This document shows positions 58,936-64,000 of a DNA stretch of 64,000 nucleotides, one piece after another. The notes under the pieces are model-generated. The model had not been told where the DNA came from, made no database searches, and was given only the letters and a program-made list of their open reading frames with translations. The stretch covers positions 28,929 through 92,928 of the forward strand of contig CAXXJY010000003.1 in assembly GCA_963675825.2 (NCBI GenBank). The letters are read 5' to 3'. Source of the DNA: Alteraurantiacibacter sp. (GTDB taxonomy: Bacteria; Pseudomonadota; Alphaproteobacteria; Sphingomonadales; Sphingomonadaceae). How positions within the stretch are numbered: position 1 is the first letter of the stretch; every line of letters begins with the position of its first letter. The position numbers were made by a program, and so were the translations under genes.

Positions 58936-61202
58936 GCCGCCAGCACCGCTGATGCTTCCACCAGCTGGCCGAAGGCAAGGCCGCCGTCGTTTGTGGGCAG
59001 GCGTTCGGGCATGTGGGCGCGGGTGCCGCTGGCGTGGAGGGCGCTTAGCAGCCGCTCGGCCAGCAGGCGGTTCTGGAATACGCCCCCGGTCAGGCCCACG
59101 GCATCAAATGCATGGTCGCGCGCAATGCGGTCCACATGCGCCAGGATGGTGAGCGAGAGGCTTTCGTGGAACAGCGCGGCGCGCTGCGCCGGCGGCCGGT
59201 CGGTGTCAGCGATGATCGGCAACAGGGCAGACCAGTCCGCGAGCAGCAGGCCCGAAGCATCCGGCACGATCGGCATTGCCGCAGCCTCCTCCAGCGCGCC
59301 GTGCCAGCTGCGCGCCAGTGCCTCCAGTCGCGCGGGTGCCTGGGCTTCGTAGGTAACGTCGTCCAGCCCCAGCACAAGGCAGGCTGCCGCATCGAACAGA
59401 CGCCCGACAGAGGAGGCAGCGAAGGTGCCCATGCGCTTGGCCCAGGCCGCACGGGCCAGATCGGCACCATCGCGGCACGGTGTCCAGTCGTGCCCGGCCT
59501 GCCACATCAGGGCCGCCGCGCTGCGCCACGGTTCGCGAGCGGCCCTGTCGCCGCCCAGCACCGCAAACTCGCGCAAGGAAGCCAGGCGCTGCCACGCGCC
59601 AGGCTGACCCAGCAGCGTCTCTCCACCCCAGATCGTGCCATCCAGGCCATAGCCCGTGCCATCCCAGGCGAAGACCAGCCAGGTCAGGCCAGCCTCGTGC
59701 TCGCCCGCCAAAGCAGAGGCATGGGCATGGTGATGCTGCACGCGAACCAGCGGAAGGCCCTGCTTCTCTGCCCAGCGCGTGGAAGCGTATCCGGGGTGCA
59801 TGTCGCAGGCAATTGCGCGGGGTTCGATGCGGTAGAGACGCGACAGGTCAGCGATAACCTGCTCGAAAACCTCGAGCGAACGCGGGCTGTCGAGGTCACC
59901 GATATGCGAAGAAAGCAGCGCCTTGTTGCCACATGCCAGCGCCACGGCATTTTTCATCTGGCCGCCGGTCGCCAGAAGGGGCTGCCTGCTCTGGAGTGGC
60001 AGAGCAAGCTCCAGCGGAGCCATGCCCCGGCCAATGCGGATCGGGCGCGCCTTGCTAGCAATTACGCGCATTACGGAATCGTCGGCAGGGCGCAGGATTG
60101 GGCGATCATGGTGCAGGAAGCAGTCAGCGATTTCCGCAAGGCGCTGTTCTGCCTGCGTGGAGTCGGTCAGCACCGGCTCACCCGAAACATTGCCCGATGT
60201 TGCCACCAGCGGCACGCCGAAGTCATGGATCAACAGGTGGTGAAGGGGGCTGTAGGGCAGGAACAGGCCCACATCGTCCAGACCCGGCGCGATACCCTTG
60301 CCCAGCGGTGCGTCCTCGCGCTTGGACACAAGAACGATGGCGCGTTCGGGCGCGGCGAGGGCGGCAAGCGCCACGGCATCTGGCTGCGCCAGCCTGCGCA
60401 CCCAGTCCAGCCCGTCTGCGCCCATCTGCGGCACCATGACGGCAAGCGGCTTGTCCGGCCGCCGTTTGCGCGAACGTAGTCTGGCGATAGCGTCATCGTT
60501 CGCAGCGTCGCACATCAGGTGGTAGCCGCCCACGCCCTTGACCGCCACGACCTGACCGGCGCTCAAGGCCGCCAGCGCAGCCTCCAGCGCGGCCTCTCCG
60601 TTGAGGTCACCGCAGGACAATTGCGGCCCGCATTCGGGGCAGGCGAGCGGCTGTGCATGGAAACGGCGGTCTAACGGGTTGGAGTATTCGGCTGCGCAGT
60701 CCGGGCAAAGCGGGAAGTCTGCCATGGCCGTTGCCGGACGATCGTAGGGCAGAGCCGCAATGATGGTGTAGCGCGGGCCACACTGGGTGCAGTTGGTGAA
60801 AGGGTAGCGATAGCGGCGCTCTGCCGGATCGTTCATCTCGGACAGGCAATCGTCGCAGCAGAACAGGTCTGGCGGAACATGGATCGTGGCGGCCTCGCCT
60901 TCCTCGCTGGGAAGGATGGCGAAACGGCCCGCTGTCAGCGGCGACGCCGAGGTCGCGACCGCCAGCTCGGGCTGCGCCAATGGCGGAGCCTGCGTTATCA
61001 GCGCGCTTTCGAAGGCATCGAGCAATTCGGCCGAGCCTTCGGCCAGAATATGCACTTCGCCGGTGCGGTTCTGCACTGTGCCGGCAAGGCCCATTTCCTG
61101 CGCCAGTCGGTAGACGAAAGGGCGATAGCCCACGCCCTGCACGCGGCCCGTCACCACGATGTGACGCGCGCAGGTGTCAGTGCAGTCGGCCAGATCAGGC
61201 AT
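58932..61202 (-). CDS. hypF: Carbamoyltransferase HypF
   Basis: 756 aa from MPDLADCTD... Contains an acylphosphatase domain VTGRVQGVGYRPFVYRLA, two Zn-finger pairs (CDDCLSE...CTQCGPRY, CPDCAAEY...CPECGPQL) and YrdC/Kae1-like domains. The track ORF extends upstream into hypD. Confidence 0.92.
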   Translation of the reverse strand: MPDLADCTDTCARHIVVTGRVQGVGYRPFVYRLAQEMGLAGTVQNRTGEVHILAEGSAELLDAFESALITQAPPLAQPELAVATSASPLTAGRFAILPSEEGEAATIHVPPDLFCCDDCLSEMNDPAERRYRYPFTNCTQCGPRYTIIAALPYDRPATAMADFPLCPDCAAEYSNPLDRRFHAQPLACPECGPQLSCGDLNGEAALEAALAALSAGQVVAVKGVGGYHLMCDAANDDAIARLRSRKRRPDKPLAVMVPQMGADGLDWVRRLAQPDAVALAALAAPERAIVLVSKREDAPLGKGIAPGLDDVGLFLPYSPLHHLLIHDFGVPLVATSGNVSGEPVLTDSTQAEQRLAEIADCFLHHDRPILRPADDSVMRVIASKARPIRIGRGMAPLELALPLQSRQPLLATGGQMKNAVALACGNKALLSSHIGDLDSPRSLEVFEQVIADLSRLYRIEPRAIACDMHPGYASTRWAEKQGLPLVRVQHHHAHASALAGEHEAGLTWLVFAWDGTGYGLDGTIWGGETLLGQPGAWQRLASLREFAVLGGDRAAREPWRSAAALMWQAGHDWTPCRDGADLARAAWAKRMGTFAASSVGRLFDAAACLVLGLDDVTYEAQAPARLEALARSWHGALEEAAAMPIVPDASGLLLADWSALLPIIADTDRPPAQRAALFHESLSLTILAHVDRIARDHAFDAVGLTGGVFQNRLLAERLLSALHASGTRAHMPERLPTNDGGLAFGQLVEASAVLAA

Positions 61203-62304
61203 CGACGCTGTCCGTCCGGCGTTCGCGCTTGCCGGTAGACCACCAGATTCGGCAGGCGCCTTCATCAGAGACCATGCATGGCCCGACCGGGTTGGAAGGG
61301 GTGCAGGCAGCGCCGAACAAGCGACACTGGTCAGGATAGATGCGGCCCAGAACAACACGGGCGCAGTCACAGCCGGGGGGCATTTCGCCCGCGCGCTTAC
61401 GATCGGTGTCAGCCCCTAGATCGAACCGCTGGCGGGCATCGTGCGCAGCCAGATGCGGCTTCAGCGCAAAGCCCGAGGCGGGCAGCGTACCGATGCCGCG
61501 CCAGTTGGCATCCACCACGTCGCAGCATTCGCCGATCAGCCGCCGCGCGGTGGGATTGCCCTGTGGCTTCACCAGTTCGGGATAGCAATTGTCGAGAAAG
61601 GCGCTGCCTTCGGCGTGCTGGCGCAGGACGGAGTAGAGCGAGGCTAGCAGGCTGTCCGCGCCGAACCCGGCAACCGCAGCAGGCAGCTTGTGCTTGTCGG
61701 GTACGAAGCGCCATTCCTCCGCCCCCATCACCGTGGCCACGTGTCCGGGAGCGACCAGCGCATCAAACCCCACCTCGCCGCTGTCGAGCAACATAGCGAC
61801 GGCAGGCCATGTCAGGCGGGCTGAAAGCAGGATCGACAGGTTTTCCGGCAGCCCCTCTGCGATCATCGCTGCGACCGGGGCCGTGGTGGTTTCGAACCCG
61901 GCCATGAAGAATACCACTTCACGCGTGGGGTTCTCGCGCGCGATGCGCACGGCTTCGCTGGGCGAGGCAATCGGGCGCACATCTCCGCCAGCGGCGCGTG
62001 CCTGCTCCAGTGAGCGCGGCTGCGATTTCGGGGCGTTGCACGGCACGCGCAGCATGTCGCCAAAGGCCGCAAGCGTGACATCGGGCTGCAAAGACAGCGA
62101 GATGGCGTCGAAGATATCCTCCTCCGGACAGACGCATACGGGGCAGCCGGGGCCGGGAATCAGCTCGACCTGGTCGGGCAGCAAGCTGCGCAGGCCAGCA
62201 CGCGAGATGGACCGTTCATGCCCGCCACACACGTTCATCACCCGCACCCGCCGGTTTAGCGGCAAGTCGCGTATCCGCTCCAGCCAGGCGGCGGGGTCAC
62301 TCAT
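61195..62304 (-). CDS. hypD: Hydrogenase maturation protein HypD
   Basis: 369 aa. MNVCGGHE, GPGCPVCVCP, and a C-terminal Cys-rich motif. Confidence 0.93.
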   Translation of the reverse strand: MSDPAAWLERIRDLPLNRRVRVMNVCGGHERSISRAGLRSLLPDQVELIPGPGCPVCVCPEEDIFDAISLSLQPDVTLAAFGDMLRVPCNAPKSQPRSLEQARAAGGDVRPIASPSEAVRIARENPTREVVFFMAGFETTTAPVAAMIAEGLPENLSILLSARLTWPAVAMLLDSGEVGFDALVAPGHVATVMGAEEWRFVPDKHKLPAAVAGFGADSLLASLYSVLRQHAEGSAFLDNCYPELVKPQGNPTARRLIGECCDVVDANWRGIGTLPASGFALKPHLAAHDARQRFDLGADTDRKRAGEMPPGCDCARVVLGRIYPDQCRLFGAACTPSNPVGPCMVSDEGACRIWWSTGKRERRTDSVDA

Positions 62305-62311
62305 CGCCGCG

Positions 62312-63079
62312 CTATTCGGCCGCCTGTGCCGGAGCCTTCACGGCCTCCACTTGTGCGGCCAGCCAGTCAAACCACGGCACCAGCGTTTCCTGCCGCTTGG
62401 CGCTGGTGGCATGGACCAGCGCAGCATTGGCCAGCGCGCGAACGTTTGCCTCTGCCTTTTCAGGCGAGAAATCGTCGAGCACATCCAGCAGGTCTGCCTT
62501 GGACAGCAGCACCAGGTCTGCCGCGCGGAACATCACCGGGTACTTGGCCGGCTTGTCGTCGCCTTCGGTGGTGGCCAGCAGCACGACGTTGGCGTGCTGG
62601 CCAAGGTCAAATCCCGCGGGGCAGACGAGGTTGCCGACATTCTCGATGAACAGCAGGTCCACGCCGTCCAGGTCGATCTGGTGCAGCGCCTGATGCACCA
62701 TGCCGGCATCCAGGTGGCAGGTCTGCCCGGTGGTTACCTGCACCGCAGGCACGCCCTTGGCACGGATGCGCCGGGCATCGTTGTCGGTTTCCAGGTCGCC
62801 TTCGACCACGGCAATGCGATAGCGGTGCTGCAGCGCCTCTATCGTTGCCTCTAGCAGCGCGGTCTTGCCGGCACCGGGGGAGGACATGAGGTTGATCGCC
62901 ACCACGCCGTGGCGCTGCATGTGCTCGCGGTTATGCGCGGCGGCGTGATCGTTGGCGTGCAACAGGTCGCGCACCACCTCTATCGAACGCGGATCGGGGC
63001 CGTGGTGGTGATGGTGGTGGTGACCGTCGTGGACGTGGACTTCACCCGTTCCGGTTGCGCATCCGCATTCCTGGCACAT
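62312..63079 (-). CDS. hypB: Nickel-binding GTPase HypB with a His-rich tract
   Basis: 255 aa from MCQECGCATGTGEVHVHDGHHHHHHHG, with AAGGAG upstream. Contains the P-loop SSPGAGKT and the ENVGNLVCP motif. Confidence 0.92.
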   Translation of the reverse strand: MCQECGCATGTGEVHVHDGHHHHHHHGPDPRSIEVVRDLLHANDHAAAHNREHMQRHGVVAINLMSSPGAGKTALLEATIEALQHRYRIAVVEGDLETDNDARRIRAKGVPAVQVTTGQTCHLDAGMVHQALHQIDLDGVDLLFIENVGNLVCPAGFDLGQHANVVLLATTEGDDKPAKYPVMFRAADLVLLSKADLLDVLDDFSPEKAEANVRALANAALVHATSAKRQETLVPWFDWLAAQVEAVKAPAQAAE

Positions 63080-63092
63080 CGTCGTTTCTCCT

Positions 63093-63461
63093 TCACTCGG
63101 CCGCGGCGGGCATGGGCTCGTCCACCAATGCAAGGCTGGTGATCTGCAATTCAGCGCCCGAGACAAGGTCTACCTGCCAGTCGTCGCAGGCCCCGCACAG
63201 CAGGCGATTGGCCGGGGCCTCGCTTACGGCTCCGCAGGTCCGGCAGCGCACGGTGATCGGCATGGCCGCAATCACCAGTTCCGCCTCCGCCGCGCAGGTG
63301 CCCGCGCGCGCCACGGTAAAGGCGCGCTCCAGCAGCCGCGCCTCAACCCCCGAAAGCGGGCCGATGGCAAGGTTGATCGTGGTCACCCTGCCGCCGCCAT
63401 TGTCTGCCGCGATGCGCGCCACCTCGCCAAGCAGGCTCTGGCAGACGGCCAGTTCATGCAT
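63093..63461 (-). CDS. hypA: Hydrogenase nickel incorporation protein HypA
   Basis: 122 aa. MHELAVCQSLL, with a zinc site CRTCG...CGAC. The start overlaps the hypC 3' end by 8 nt. Confidence 0.88.
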   Translation of the reverse strand: MHELAVCQSLLGEVARIAADNGGGRVTTINLAIGPLSGVEARLLERAFTVARAGTCAAEAELVIAAMPITVRCRTCGAVSEAPANRLLCGACDDWQVDLVSGAELQITSLALVDEPMPAAAE

Positions 63462-63714
63462 GATCGGCTGGCTGCCCGCTGGCCAGGGCCGTTTCTGCGG
63501 CCAGCATCTCGTCATACAGTTCCCAGGCCGTTGCCGCTTCGGCCTCGGTCATCCTTTCCAGCGCATAGCCGGTGTGGACCATCACGAAATCGCCCACCTG
63601 GGGCAGTTCGTGCTGCATCAGGAACAGGCTGACGGTGCGCGAAATACCCTTGGCTTCGCAGCGCGCATTGAAGCCGTCCTTTTCGACAATCAGCATGGGT
63701 ATGCCCAGACACAC
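63454..63714 (-). CDS. hypC: HypC/HybG/HupF-family hydrogenase assembly chaperone
   Basis: 86 aa starting with MCLGIPM, the hallmark N-terminal Cys. Confidence 0.9.
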   Translation of the reverse strand: MCLGIPMLIVEKDGFNARCEAKGISRTVSLFLMQHELPQVGDFVMVHTGYALERMTEAEAATAWELYDEMLAAETALASGQPADHA

Positions 63715-63859
63715 CGTTCAAATCTCCCGTAGGGCGAGGCTGCTGGCCTGGCCAGGTCCGTCACCTAACCAATAGCGCAATATTAGATGCGCCTAATTGA
63801 GCCTTGTCAATTCGCGCGGGCAAATCCTACGATACTGACACAGGCGTAAGGAGTCGGAG

Positions 63860-64000
63860 ATGACGACAACGCTGGTTCTGGGCATCGGCAACAGCCTGCA
63901 GGCTGACGATGGGGTTGGCGTGCATGTCATCCATGAACTCGAAAAGCGTTGCCTGCCGGATCACATTACCCTGTGCGATGGGGGCACCATCGGCCTGTCG
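63860..64000 (+). CDS. Hydrogenase maturation endopeptidase (HyaD/HybD/HupD family), 5' part only
   Basis: Hand translation gives MTTTLVLGIGNSLQADDGVGVHVIHELEKRCLPDHITLCDGGTIGLS. The GxGNxLxxDDGxG...DGGT pattern is present. TAAGGAG lies upstream. It runs off the right edge. Confidence 0.75.
   Translation, partial: MTTTLVLGIGNSLQADDGVGVHVIHELEKRCLPDHITLCDGGTIGLS

Noticed and set aside
63740-63760. A sigma-54 (-24/-12) promoter or palindromic activator site (CCTGGCCAGG) upstream of hypC
   Set aside because: The GG/GC spacing is off by one from the TGGCAC-N5-TTGC geometry. The 10-bp palindrome is a trivially GC-rich sequence with no second half-site.

Overview
This is a 64-kb window of GC-rich DNA, roughly 63-68% GC by eye, with a 52-58% trough at about 51.2-56.3 kb. 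Gene content looks alphaproteobacterial and Sphingomonadales-like, but that is inference only.

Gene map:
(i) 1-23,564: one minus-strand type I secretion (T1SS) operon. Order is giant repetitive adhesin (5,675 codons), OmpA-like, TolC-like, ABC exporter, SleB-like cell-wall hydrolase, then a HlyD-like adaptor that runs off the left edge. About 64% of the adhesin gene is 13.09 apparently identical 834-bp tandem units.
(ii) 23.6-26.5 kb: a decayed patch with an enoyl-CoA hydratase 3' relic, a small membrane-protein gene with in-frame stops, intact pobA, and an IS6-family relic.
(iii) 26.5-29.9 kb: acyl-CoA dehydrogenase remnant, CitE-like lyase, CoA-transferase, enoyl-CoA hydratase.
(iv) 30.3-35.3 kb: cation module of UspA, VIT1/CCC1, P-type ATPase and CaCA exchanger.
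(v) 35.4-41.5 kb: epimerase relic, a 40-codon ORF, pccB copy 1, mmsB, enoyl-CoA hydratase, mmsA and a divergent LysR regulator.
(vi) 41.5-52.8 kb: tightly coupled pccB(copy 2)-mcm-sucC-sucD-pccA-etfB-etfA operon, with divergent pccR and TTTGCAAA operators.
(vii) 52.9-54.1 kb: an intact IS6-family element inserted into a second, truncated IS6 copy.
(viii) 54.1-64.0 kb: DsbA-NhaA fusion, DsrE-like gene, APH-like/P-loop kinase fusion, hypE-F-D-B-A-C, and the 5' end of a divergent hydrogenase maturation protease.

I do not see an unambiguous, self-contained new system. There is no CRISPR array and no recognisable defence, toxin-antitoxin, phage or integrase gene.

The four observations most worth follow-up are:
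- A peptidoglycan hydrolase gene translationally coupled inside the T1SS operon, together with an OmpA-like gene.
- The perfectly homogenised 10.9-kb in-frame repeat array in the adhesin gene.
- A 1,539-bp near-perfect duplicate of pccB whose edges coincide with the CDS edges.
- Gene stumps and IS6 relics at nearly every module junction, suggesting IS6-mediated assembly.

All calls rest on hand translation, motif recall and visual comparison. No database search, HMM or aligner was available, so family names are provisional.
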